Origin: Hydrolagus colliei
Lineage: Eukaryota
Assembly: GCA_035084275.1 (NCBI GenBank)
Contig: CM068742.1
Coordinates: 154,566,001-154,630,000 of the forward strand
Reading direction: 5' to 3'
Length of the DNA: 64,000 nt
Shown: positions 23,101 through 36,100 of the stretch, in pieces
Layout: each line of letters starts with the position of its first letter
Position numbering within the stretch: the stretch's first letter is position 1
Made by a program: the position numbers and the translations under genes
The notes under the pieces: generated by a model
What the model was told of the DNA's origin: nothing
The model's input: the letters and a program-made list of their open reading frames with translations, nothing else
Database searches by the model: none

Positions 23101-26100
23101 TCAGAGACAGTGAATGAAGGAAATCGCTATAACCTGATTGGGAATGTGAGGGATGGAGACGGTTCCCTGAGGATCAAGGACCTGGAGTTAAACAACAACG
23201 ACCAATATTTCTGTCATGTACACGTCATGTTTATCAATAACGAAAAACAACAGGACCATGTGACACAGGACACATCACGGCTGCTGGTTGTTGGTAAGAA
23301 ATCTCTTGTCTCTGTGGGACATGGAAAGGGGTAAATGTCAATGTTCACGGGCGCATCATTACAGACTAGGTTTGTCTCATTCCTTACCCTGTGCCTCACG
23401 TGTTAATTAGCACAAGAAACATGTTATGAAACAGCGGAACCTTTTCCCTGGGGGGAGGGATTCTTCTCACTTGCCTCCCGTTAACACTGCAGCCAAAGTT
23501 AGGGTGATCCTAGCTGGACAAGCAGCCGGTATCTTGCCAATGACATGTGACGTAGTTGTCACAAGATCACAGGATTGGTCTGAATGAAGAAACCCCATCT
23601 AATCTTATCCTTACTGAACCCCCCAATCACCCCCTAATCCCTACCAACCCCTCGCCCCCCAAAACATTGGTATCAAGCGGAGTCTAAAAGTCTGTAATTG
23701 CTCTGCCTGAAGGGAAATTGGATAGATACGTAAACAGGAAACATTTTCAGGGCTCTGGGGTAAGAGTGGGATAGAATGACTAGTTGAGAGATCCTGTAGC
23801 TTGGAGCACTTGCCGTACAAGCCCGAGGACCTGGGTTAGATTTTTGCGCTGGGGAAACCATTGTGGGCAAACTTCCTTACTCCAAACACGTGTTTACCCA
23901 GGAATGAGTGTGAATCCAGCTGTTAGTTCATTGGCAGGTAATTTTCTGGGGTAATAATAGCTTAAAGAGAAAAGAAAAAAGCAGGCAATGAGATTAGAGC
24001 ATAAAACCAACAACAGCAAAATTACATTTGTATAGTATCTTTTATGTTGGGGGGCCATCTGAAGAACACCAGTGAGTAAGCGAGTACCAGCGGATATGAC
24101 GGTAAAATTTATTTATTCAGAATAACTCTGTGTTTCTTTATACCCAAAGCTCCGGCCGTCATCCTGACTATGTTCCTCGTGGCCAGTGATGGAGCCGGAG
24201 ATGGCATCGTGTGCACGGCTGAGGGGGAACCACCAGCCACCATCACATGGATCGACCCCCAGAATAACACGCTGCCCGTCAACACCCACATGTCAATCAC
24301 ACATATACCAGACATGTATCTAACCTTGGGGGAAATCTGGGACCTGAGGCTGTGGGGAACTTACCGCTGTGTAGCTGAGAACACACAGGGCAGTGACACC
24401 CGAGACATCCTCGTCACTGCCCTACAGAGTGATGTGGACAAGGAGAGTGACGGGGACAAGGAGAGACACAGGGACAAGGAGAGTGACGGGGACAAGGAGA
24501 GTGATGGGGACAGCGAGAGTAATGGGGACAGTAATTTACATGTCAAGGTCCCCATTGTGGTGCTGGTTGTTCTGCTGATTGCCTTCATTGTCCATTGGGT
24601 AAAGAGAGGTAGGTGTTTACAGATGTAATGATTATGTGGATTTGTGGATTCCTGTAGCTCAGTGGTCACTGAGTATTCGACTTACAAACATGAGACCTGC
24701 GTTCAATTACAGGCAGGGTGAAACATTTGCCAAGTTTCCTTATTCCACCCGCCTGATAATAATCACTCAAATAATCAATAATAAATTGGTCATTTCAATC
24801 CATGTCTGTTTGTGGGATTTTGCTATGTGCAAGTGGCTGCCTCATTTAGCCCACAAATATACAGTACAGACAATTCACTTTACAGTATATTCTGTGAATC
24901 ACTTTGAGACTTCTAGGAGATGTGAAAAGCGCTATCTCAAATGCAAGGATTATTATTATTATTCCAAATGAGTCTAGCACAGCCAATCGCTCCCTCATCT
25001 CTGACTCAGCAAATATTCTGCCATATACACACACTTGGCAACCACATCATCATCATCATCATCGTAATAATAAACCTTGTATTTGGTATAGCGCTGTTCA
25101 CATCTTATCGACGTCTCAAAGCGCTTCACTGAATATACTGTAAAGTGAATTGACTGTATATTTGTGAGCAAATCGCAGCAGCCAATTGCGCACAGCAGTG
25201 TCCCCACAAACAGTCGTGGATTGAAATGACCCATTTTATTATCGTGGTTTTTTCGGACGGATTAGCATTAGGTTGGAGTAAGGAAACTTGCTGAAGATTT
25301 TGCCCTGACCTGCCTGGATTCGAACACAGGTCTCTCCAGCTTGGTCTCCTTAGCTTTCAAGACAAGTGCTCTAACCACTCAGCCACAGGAGCTCCACCTG
25401 GTTAATAATAAGCAGAAGGAGACGAAGAAAAATTCTTGCATTTGGTATTGCCAGCCGGTGGTATATCTGGCTTCCTGTTTAGTAACCATAGTTACATAAC
25501 ACAATAGGAAGAGAACAGTTTGCCACAAGCCTTTCACTGGAATAACGTACACACTTACCAAACCAGCAAAACATCTAAAGCAATATCAAGTGAAATAATG
25601 ATTATTATGATGATTATTATCTCTCCCCTTGCTTTCGTCTCTTCAGGTGTCAGAGTTTTCCGCCAGCGTTCAGAGAGGTGAGTGTGTCTTTCTAATGCCT
25701 TTTACTTTCCATTGACATTCAAGTTGCAAAAGGCTATTGAGCACCATGTCTGGCAAGCTTCCTGCTTCTCTCTCCAGCTACGACCACCCTACCCATTGGG
25801 GCTTTGGCTTGCAGGGTTAATAGGATGAGTATGAGGATTCCCTGACACCAGTGGCTGGTCTTCCCTTCCAATTCTTGCCAATGAGTAGACTGGCTTTGCT
25901 GTCACCAGCAGTGCCCTAGAATATTAGATACTCACCTGGCTCAGGAACAAGACTGAAGACCCACAGATTGTTGGCTTGAATCTGACATTCTGTTTCCAAG
26001 CATGTCACCTTGGAGCCAGAGAAGCCAAGGAAACACCGTGTAGCTTAATCTAGACAAACACCATGCACACAATCCTGTGGCCAAGCTGAGGCTTGGACTC

Positions 26101-28379
26101 TTCAGACAAGAGCTTTTGCCCTATGTTCTATGCCAACAATCCCTCAGTAAACCAATGATAGTTTGTGTGGAAGTTGTTGCATGAGCATTGGCTGATGTCA
26201 TTCTCATCAAATACAAAGTCATTACACTTTACAGTTAATCCTGTGAAGTGCTATAAGACGTCCTCCTGATGTGAAAGACATGGTATCAAATGTGAGGATT
26301 ATTAACGATAAGGTTTTATCTTCCATCCTCTATAAAATGTAAAACATAAAATATAAAATGTTTTCTCTTTATTTTTTAGTCGTCAAATGGATTTGGTTGT
26401 TGACAACGATTTGGTTCAACCTCAGCTGCCAACATGAGACGGTAACTGTTTTCCCTCGATTAGCGATGGCACAATTTTCACCCCGTGCTTTCACTAACCC
26501 AGGGCTGGGTCTCAGCTTTGCTCAGCCAGTGACACTCTCACCTCTGGCTCTGGGTGTCTGACCTTCAAATCCCTCCACTCCTCTGCACCCCCCCTACCTG
26601 TCTAAACTCCTCTCTCCTCAAACCAGTTCCCGTTGCCTTCGCTTCATGTCCCGTGAATCCTCCGCTCCACCCTCGGTGGCTGTGCCTGCAGCCACTATGC
26701 CCCAAGGCTCTGGAATTCCCTTCCTCACTTCCTTCATCTTGCCCCTTCTTTTCTCAGTTTCAGGTCCGATATGAAGACCTTTCTCTTCGACCGTGCCTTT
26801 GGTCACCTTTCTCCTGCCCCTGGCTCGGTTCCGGGGTCCACTATTGTGAAGTACTCTGAGATGCCGTCCGTCGCGGAGGGCCCAATATAAATCAAAGTGG
26901 TTGTTGTTGTTGTACTCTATATACTGTACGATTTTGTTTTTTGTTGTTGGGAGGGCGTCCTTGAAGTGCAGTGTTAGAAAAGAGAAAGGAGTTTCTCTGG
27001 GTGTCCAGATTAAATTGTTTATCTACTTCATGGCTCTTTGTGGGTCCATATTGATTATCGCATTCGACAACAATAACAAAAACAACAACAAAATTACATA
27101 TGTGTGGCGCCTTTCACGTCAGGAGGACATCCCATGGTGCTGGACAGTTACTGCTTCAGACCTGAGCAGAGCACAGGTCTGGGCAGGGGGGGAAGGAGTT
27201 GTCGGTGAGTCTATCGAAGAGTAGATTCTTTAATCGAGACTTGAAAGAGTACAGTCGGGGGGCGAGGCCGAGGATCTTCGGGATGGAGTTCCAGAAGTTG
27301 GGTTCAGAGTGATTGAAGGCTCAACAAATCCAGTCGCAACATAACACAGTGAATCCTGTCAAATGCTATCAGATGTACTACGATATATTTTCTCAATGTC
27401 ATAGCACCACTTTGCTATGTCCCTCAAATGTGAAATACATAATAAATTATTGTTGCTGTTGTTATTAAATCAAATGGAATAATATCCAGCCCCCAGGGCC
27501 TGGCATGTGGTTCCAATTCTCTTTTAATTGTTCATTCCGTGAACCCTTTGTCGCAGCTTTGGGGACTGGGCTTCAGACGTTAAACCCGTATCTCTGGACT
27601 TCCACATACACAGTACATACATACTCCATTTGATAACTAGTGTCATATTTCCTTTGTGAACCCGATTTCCAATTACTAATTATTCACCAACATTGTCTGT
27701 CTCTCCTTCAGAAGTGTACGGAAATTCTACCATCAGAACCGTCGATGAGAGTGAGTGTTGTCTACCTTTTCTGGTTTATTGTTTATCCTGTCTCTTCTCC
27801 GCTCGCACTCTGGCTCTGGGTCAGGAAGAGGGGTGTTGGAGCCTCTACGATGGGGAATTTGAGGTCACACAGTCCAGGCTGATGCTCCAGTGCAGCAATG
27901 GGGAGAGCGCTGCATTGTCAGAAGTGCTGTCCTTTGAATGCGATATTAAACTGAGATCAAGTCCATGTCTGATGAAGTTGTTTTGGTCAGCCACGTGCAG
28001 AAACACATCTGTTTGTCAAGAGGATCGAAACTTGACTTAGCGGTCCTGTCACCTGTACATCTGGAATGCAACGTGCTGTTGAGAAGGAAATTTCTCTCTC
28101 CTTGTGTCCTGGCCATCATTGTTTCAAATAAAATTGGTTGCTCACTTCATGGCTATTTGTTGGACATTTTAAATGCAAATTGGGCGCCCGGTTTGCTGGT
28201 AAAATATGGTTTTAAGACATTACATTAAATATGAGGGTTCTAATGACTTTACCCAGGACACACAGTGTATCACAGCTCTCAGCAAGTGGAGGTACATGTC
28301 CTGACTCCATTTTGTTTCTCTTCCAGATGTGATTTATGCTGTTGTCGCCAAATCGAAGAGGAGCTTAGCTGAGCAGTGA
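20133..28379 (+). CDS. SIGLEC15-like: Siglec-15-like receptor A2 (V-V-C2-TM, tyrosine-free truncated tail)
   Basis: Exons 20133-20184, 21685-22074, 22910-23293, 24150-24608, 25647-25677, 26380-26441 (TGA 26435-26437), 27712-27750, 28327-28379. About 457 aa to the TGA. No counterpart of the A1 ITIM exon 7. Confidence 0.85.
21685..22074 (+). CDS. A2 V-set domain 1 exon
   Basis: Open 390-nt exon with canonical splice sites, CRVE retained. Confidence 0.9.
22910..23293 (+). CDS. A2 V-set domain 2 exon
   Basis: Open 384-nt exon with canonical splice sites. Confidence 0.9.
24150..24608 (+). CDS. A2 C2+stalk+TM exon
   Basis: Open 459-nt exon with an expanded 18-bp stalk repeat. Confidence 0.9.
24437..24535 (+). 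repeat. Coding 18-bp minisatellite (DKESDG)n in the receptor stalk
   Basis: gacaaggagagtgacggg-type unit, 5 copies plus a partial. Also at 42257-42355 and 60310-60408. A1 has 2 copies plus a partial (6829-6873). Confidence 0.9.
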
Positions 28380-30890
28380 ACTCTGGCCCCTCCCAGAGTC
28401 TGCTGTCCACAGTTTATATAGGTGTGTCCTGCAGTGACTTATATTGGGCCTGGATCAGCAGCCAATACAATAACATTGTACAATCAGTCCCTGAGAGAGC
28501 ACGTGTTTGTAGTGTGGCTGTGGCTTGTGGCCTTGCTGTGTGTAAACACATGTTATTGCTGCCTGTGACCTGCAATTTACAATTGTGTTTATCTCCACTT
28601 CAGTGAAATCAAACATGAGGGGGTCAGGCCTAAAAGGAAGAAAGAGTCTATTCTCTGTCAGGGAGAAACACTGCCACTTGGTGGACATTCCAGGGTTGAT
28701 TACTAAATTTTTTCACAGATACTTTCGATCTACCGTTCAATAATAGTAATCCTTTCTATTGATATAGATGTCTTTAAAACATCATGCAATTGCTTGCATC
28801 ATTGTCCCCAAAACAGTCATAGATTGAGTGACTAAATTATTATTAATCATCAGTTATTAGAAGGGATTATTACCCCCAGAAAAGCAATCCATCAATTGAC
28901 CAACAATTCAATGCTGGGTCAACTGAGGCATGTGGAGTAAGGAAACATGCCGACGTATGAGTGTGCTGCCTTTACACTCTGGGCCACTGGGGGCACTGCA
29001 GGATCGTCATCAGTTCACAAACCAGTGGACAATCTGTCTCAATGTTTTCTAACTGAATGACTTCCTTGATGATTAAACTTCTTTGTCTCTCTGACCAGTG
29101 GATATGTTCCTTATTCCGCAAGTTGTCCCTGAATGTGGATTCGTGGCTGGGCTTTCATTGCTGAAAGCGGCTGCCAAGACTGGAACAAGAGAACATGTCT
29201 GGGTATGTTACATCTGATGGGTATAGAAAGGGGAGAACTGCGAGAGCCTCAATCGAGCCTGGAGCTGGCAGAGTGAGTGCGACCCGAGTGAGGCGAGACC
29301 AGAGTGAGAAGGAATTAGATGAGAGTGAGAATTAGGTGCAAAGTTATAAAATAGACAACAGCCCCCCACTGCCCCAGATCAACCTTCCTCTCCCTCCGAC
29401 CACTACGCCTCCTGTCCCTGCTTGACTGGCCCACAGCTTTCCTCTGCTCCTCTCTTCACATTCTCTGTCACACACACCATGGACGCCACTATCTGTCCAA
29501 CAGCACCCACACTGACTGCCCCATCCCCCACTCTCATCTCAATGTCCATCAGTCCCCTTCACTGGGGGCAAACCTTTCCTTCCTCAGACATATCCCCACA
29601 CTCCCTTTCAATCCTCTAGGAGAAATGAAGGAGACCAGAGCTCTTTGAATGTAGCGAGCGGGCTCCCTCCTTGCCTCTTCTAGTACTCTCCTCTAGCCCT
29701 TCAATTATCTTACCATCCCTTCTTACTCTCCCTGCCCTCTACCCCTCCTGATCCCAAGCCCCAGCTCGGAGTCAAATCCCTCACTGTCCAATGCTTTAGG
29801 ACATCCTACCGACATGAAAGGCACTATACAGATGTAATTGGTTGTTGATATAATAATTATTCTTGCATTTGATTTAGCACCTATCATGTGAGAAGTCTCA
29901 AAGCCTTTCACATATATTCACTGGAAAGTGAATTGACTTTACGGTGTATTCTGTGAAGCGCTTTGACACATCACACAGATGATATAGCAGTTTCACTGTT
30001 AATATCAGAAGTTATAGCGGTTTTATTGATACAGACAGGGGAGAGAATTCCAATGAAAGTTGACAGAAGTAATCTGGGAACTATTGCTCCGTTAGCCTGA
30101 CCTCAACAATTTTACTTCTTAATTTTTTCACCAAAGAAAGCAAGTGGACGATTATCACTTGCTTTCTTTAGATATAATAGTAATATAGTTGACAGTTGGC
30201 ACATGTTCGGAAAAGGTACATATTGTTTGACCAAACTCATAGACAGTAGAAGCCCATTTATCCGTGACTCGATGAACCGGTACTTCTGTATAACCAGCAA
30301 TCCCCAAAAAAGTCCACATTCGATCAACCGGAACTTATCCGGAACAATAGCGGTGGAGCATTTGTGAGTCATTGTCACGCAGGCAGATTAGTTTGTTTTG
30401 CCGCTAGTAGAGTCTAGGTTTATCGGCTTGCTGCAAGTAAGGCTTTTCACCCGCATGGCGTCCTCCATTGCAAAAAGAATCGCTGGACTGTAAACCTCAA
30501 CCACAACATCATGGCTTCAAGCGCAGCATCTACCAGTAAAGGTGAACTATGGTACAGTTTACAACATTTACAATAAAGTACCAATACAATATCTGGTTAT
30601 TTAGTCTGGTGTGTATGGTGTGTGTTAAAATAACTTAAATTTTATTGTGGTGGGTTTTTGGCAGCTGGCCGACCGAATATCCGGCATTGGCCAGGTCCAG
30701 CTGGTGCTGGATGAACGGACTATTGGTGTAATTTGTTTCAGGAGGTGACAGCTCAGATTAATTTTGGAAAGCTATGTGTTGCAGCAGAGCTAGATCCAGA
30801 AGACTTTCTACAAAACACCACAAGAAACCCAACTTCACAAATGGTAGTCACTGGTTATCAAGAGAAAGACTAGGAACTAGGAACTGGTTT

Positions 30891-32232
30891 CAACAACGAC
30901 CACCACAACAACAAAATTGCACTTATATAGCGCCTTTCACGTCGGGAGGACGTCCCAAAGCACTGAACAGTCTGGTCGGAACCCAAGTGGGGTATGGTGG
31001 GGGTTGGGGTAGGGGGAAGGGGAAGGAGAGTGGAAAGGGGGAAGAGTTTGTGGGGCAGCCGAAGGCGCGGTCGAAGAGGAAGGTCTTGAGACAAGCCTTG
31101 AAGGAGGAAAGGGAGGAGGCGAGGGGAGGGGCTGCGAGATGGAGTTCCACAGTGTGGGAGCAGAGAGGCAGAAAGCCCGGCCACCGATGGTTGGGGGGAT
31201 TAGGGCAGTGGACGCGGAGCAGGCCTGAGTCTGCTGAACAGACGGGACAGGGGAGGCTGATAGGGGGATAGCAGGTCAGAGAGATAGGCGGGGGCAGGCC
31301 GTGAATAGCCTTGAAAGTGAGAACGAGGATCTTGAATTCTATCATCTGGGAGACGGGGAGCCAGTGGAGATGGGCGAGGGTGGGTGTGTCATGGTCACGA
31401 CGCCTGATATGGGAGAGGACACGAGCTGCAGAATTCTGAATGATCTGCAGCCTGTGAAGGGAGGAGCTGGGGAGGCCGACGATGAGAGAGTTCCTGTAGT
31501 CAAGCCTGGAAGTGATAAAGGCATGGCTGAGAGTTTCGGGGGCGTGGGGGGTGAGGTAGTAGCGGAGTCTGGCAATATTGCGGAGGTGATGGAAGGCTGT
31601 GCTGGTAATGGAATGGATGTGAGGGAGGAAGGATATTTGGGGTTGAACAAGTCGCCCAGATTCCTGATTGGCTTCGAGAGGTGGAGAGAGCAGCCGTGAA
31701 CACTGATATTGTCAGCACCTGAGGTGTGGAGGCACTGATGTGAGCCAATGAGGAGGACTTCTGTCTTGTTGGCGTTGAGTTATAGGAAATTTGCCCTCGT
31801 CTAGGACTCAATGTCGGACAGACATGCAGACAGAATACCAGTGGTCATGGAACCAAGGGTTGATGCGGATGACGTTTGTGACATTGACCAGGGCAGTTTC
31901 TGTTCTGTGGGAGGCACGGAAACCCGATTAGAGGGGTTCGAGGAGTGAGTGTTGTGTGAGGAAAGAGCGGAGCTGGGAGACAACCACTCTTTAAAGGACC
32001 TTGGTAAAGAAAGGGAGGTTGGAGATGGGCCTGTAGTTAGATAGCTGCGACGCATCGAGGCAAGGATTTTTTACGATGGGGGTGATGGTGGCGGTGTTGA
32101 AGGCAGTGGAAACAGTCCCTGATGAGAGGGACAGGTTGATAGTGTCAGTGATTACAGGGGCTAGAAGGTGGAGCTGGGTAGTAAGGAGATGGGTGGGGAT
32201 GGGATCAAGGGAGCAGGTGGTGAGCTTCATTG
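30891..32232 (-). mobile_element. L2-clade LINE fragment (unit 2)
   Basis: LDPIPT...NYRPISNLPFFTKVL. Paralog of 15121-16440. Confidence 0.9.
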
Positions 32233-33108
32233 AGGGATTGGCTGAAGAGAAGGAAGCAGAGACCTTTGTTGAGTGAACAATGTCTTAATTTATACTATAT
32301 GCTGTAGTGCAGTGACCACTTTCCTCACAACAACAACAAACTGACATTTGTATCGTGCCTTTCATGTCACAAGCAAGAGAGTTGGGTTCAATTCCCAGCA
32401 GGGTGAAATGTTGGTCAAATTTCCTTACTCCACAAGCCTCTATTTCACAAACCAGTAAGTCGACCTTGTTAGTCGATTACCCTGGTCCCTTCAGCCTCTC
32501 CCTTCTGCCTCTGCCACGTAAGTGGGGAAAGCAACAGGTGAAATTGCAATAGATTATTTCCGCTGAACCAACTAGATACCAGGAACATATCTAAAAAATA
32601 ACAAAAAAGGAACTCAGTGAGAGTGGGGTTACAAACCCCGTCTTTACACAGAAGTGATGCAATAGTGAAAATCTTCACAAACAACATATAATGGCACAAT
32701 CCGTCAATCTATCAGATGGATCTGAATAGATGTTTGAAGTGGAGGTATATTCTTTACAGCAAGTGGTGGGAGGGGGAGTGATCCAACTACGAGTTCATAT
32801 CCAAATCCCTAATTGTCCAGGGCCTTGGGACATCCTCCCAACATGAAAGTGCTGTAGAATGTCATGTATTTGGGATGTAAAGCTGTGGGCAATGTAAACG
32901 AGTATTAAACTTCATCCAGTGAGTGTAACATGGGGCGGGGGCAGAGTTAGTGTTGAAACATTGCAGAGGATCAGACAAGGGTGATGTGGGGGCTGGAGCT
33001 CTGGTGGTGACAAGGGAAATGAGGGGAGGAAGGAAAGAGAGGTGTGGCCAGCTGTGTCAGTGTGAGGCAGGCATGCGAGGGGAAGGAGTGTGTCCTGAGT
33101 GAGGGAAG

Positions 33109-36100
33109 ATGATGCTGGGAGCTGTGCTCTGTGTCCTGGTCCTGTCAGCCTCTGCCTTACGTACGTACTTTCCAATCAGTAACTATAATAACTGCTCACA
33201 CGCGATTGTCACCTCAATGCTCGACTCCGGCAACTCCCTCCTTGTCGGCCTCCCCAACTCTTCCCTCCACAAGCTGCAGATAATCCCAAACTTTGCACCT
33301 CGTGTCCTCTCCCACACCAGACTGCGCGACCCTGTCACCCCCACCCTCGCCCTGGTCCACTGGCTGCCTGTCCCTCAGAGAATCAAATTCAAGATCTTGA
33401 TACTCACATTCATGTCCCTCCACCCTCCTACCTCTCTGACCAGCAGATTCCCTATCAACCTACCTGTCCTTCCATTCAGCAGGCTCCAGCCTTCTCCATG
33501 TCTCCCACCCGACCCTCCCTTCCATCTTTGATGGGCTTTCAGGCTCTCTGCTCCAATTCTTTACGGTTCTATCACACAATCCCTTTGTCTTGCTTCCTCC
33601 CTTGCCTCCTTCAATGCCAGTGTCAAGATCCTCCTTTTTGAGTGTCCCTTCAGCCGCCTTCCTATCTCTCTGGCCGCTTTCATCACAAACCTGCACCTAC
33701 TCCACCACCTCGCCTATGCTTGGGTCCTGGCACCTGACTGGTCAACGCCTTGGGACATCCACCCAACATGAAAGGCGATCCATAAATATAGTTGTTGTTG
33801 TCGTATCTCTTTAGTGGCATGATTACAGAGACAGGTGACATCTGTAAATAATGTTTTTGTCTTTAATGTTGACAGATCTGCCGCTGAGTGAGTCACTCAC
33901 TGAGCCTCACAGGGCAAGTGTGTATTTGTTCATTCTGCTTCCATTTGATTTTCCAAACCTCTCTCTGTCTTGTCTTGTCTGTCCGTCTTCACTCCCCACT
34001 GATTCCCAAGGGATGGTACAAATTACCCCCAACGCATATTCTGCGATCCACAATATTTTCGTTTCCTCTTACATCAGATGCCTGGGTGACAACAAATTAT
34101 GGTATTTTTATAATACAATAGACCACAAGAGCGTTTTTCTTTCCACAAGCCACCCATTCTAATCCCTCTGTCCAGTCACTTCCGATTCCCTACACCCTTA
34201 ATATTGCTCCTCTTCAAACATCTATCCAATTCCCTTTGATAGACTTGATGGATGATGTCTTGAATCCAGTTTGTGGCAGATAATTCCACAATTCCATCCT
34301 GTGTAAAGACCAAAGTGTTTGCTTGTTAACTCTCTGCCTCTACTTTATCTGTTTTAAGCTCCTCATAGTTCCTCTTTTGTGATAGTATTAGATCTGTTCC
34401 TATTGCGATATCAGTGAAAATATATTGCTATTTCCCCTGTTCCTTGACCACATCACACCCTCTCTGCCCCCACACTCTGGAAATCCATCCCTCATCCAAT
34501 TCACCTTGCTTCCTGTTTCCTCCTTCGAGGTATCAAAACCTTCCGCTTTGACCGTGCCTTCTGCTGCCCACCTAACTATCACCACTTTCCAACTCACCAT
34601 CCCCCTATCCCTACCCCGACCCTTCCCCCCCCCCTGCTCGGGTCCCGACCTAACTGTTGAGTGCCTTGGACGTGGAAAGAGCTCTGAAAATGTAATTTTG
34701 TTGTTGTTGTGACTTGTTCTGACCTCTATCTGGTCGCCCCAAACCTTCTCAAATTGTGAGCCACCAATCTGTCAAATCTCTCTTCGGATATGAAACTAAT
34801 CATCTCTGTGGACTTGCCAACACACTAGGATGCATCTTTTCCATTTTTTAAAATAATGTTCCTCTAGGGATCCCCAAATTGTCTACATTAATCCCAGCTG
34901 TGACCTAACCAAGCTCTTGTCCAAGCTCAGTGTTGCCTGTTTGCTTTTATATTGTGTTCTGGTTCACTTTACACCACTTTGGTGAGGCCTCAGCTGGAAT
35001 ACTGTCTTCAATTCTGGTCACCACACTACAGAAAGGATGTGAAGACATTGGAAAGGGTACAAAGAAGATTTACTAGGATGGTGCCAGGATTGAGGGACTT
35101 CAGCTATGAGGAGAGGCTAGATAGGCTAGGGTTATTCTCTCTGGAGCAGAGAAGATTGAGGGGAGACCTAATAGAGGTTCATAAGATCATGAGGGGTTTC
35201 GACAGGGCAAATAGAGAAAAACTATTTCCACTCGTGGGCGAATCTGTGACTCGTGGTCACAGATTTAAAATAGTTTCAAGGCAAAGTAGAGGGGAGCTGA
35301 GGAGAAATGTTTTCACTCAGCGAGTTGTTCGAATCTGGAATGGATTGCCTGAAAAGGTGTGAATGGCTGGACAATGGAGACCCTGATACAGTGACCGGCA
35401 GGTTAGGGTCACCAGTCATCATGTACTGCAAGTTCACTCACCCTCACCCCAGATACACAGGCAACATCACCATCAGGTGGAAGGGAGGCTGGGCTAGTCC
35501 TGTGTATTTTAAATATACAAACTATAGGCCAGATTCACAGGGAAAGTATCAAAATGTCATTGATGTAAACGAGGGAGATCGACACCGAGTGATTGGGAAA
35601 CTGAGGAGGAACGACGCTACAATACAGATAAACCAGCTGAGGGGAGAGGACAATAATAAGACTTTCTCCTGTTCAACTGTCAACTGTTCAAAAGTTCAAC
35701 TGCCGTGTGGAGCTCCAGAGTGAGGGCAGACAGCTTGAAACTGGCCCCAGATACATGTCTGTATGTTACAGGTGAGGAACGATAGGAAGTGGGAATAAGA
35801 CGTGATGATCCTCACTGGTGCCGGAGTCAGTGGGAAGTGTCTCGCCCAGGACGGGCAATAGGGAGCGAGTGTTCCCAGTGAAGGAAGGTGTGGAACAGGG
35901 GCTGGCAGGGACAGTGAGTGAGCGGCTGATGGGAGGGAGGGCTGTGCTGTACACTGACCTGTCACTGTGGGAATGTCTATTTGCCAAGGCTCCTCACATG
36001 TGTGTAACATGTACTGTGTCACACTGACTGCGCTTCAGTATTCCAATCCTGTTCCTGTCTCAGGTCATGAAGAGAAGCTCCCGTCAGTGACTGGTACCAA

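Noticed and set aside
24437-24535. Short direct-repeat array considered as CRISPR-like
   Set aside because: Contiguous 18-bp units with no spacers, in frame within a eukaryotic exon.
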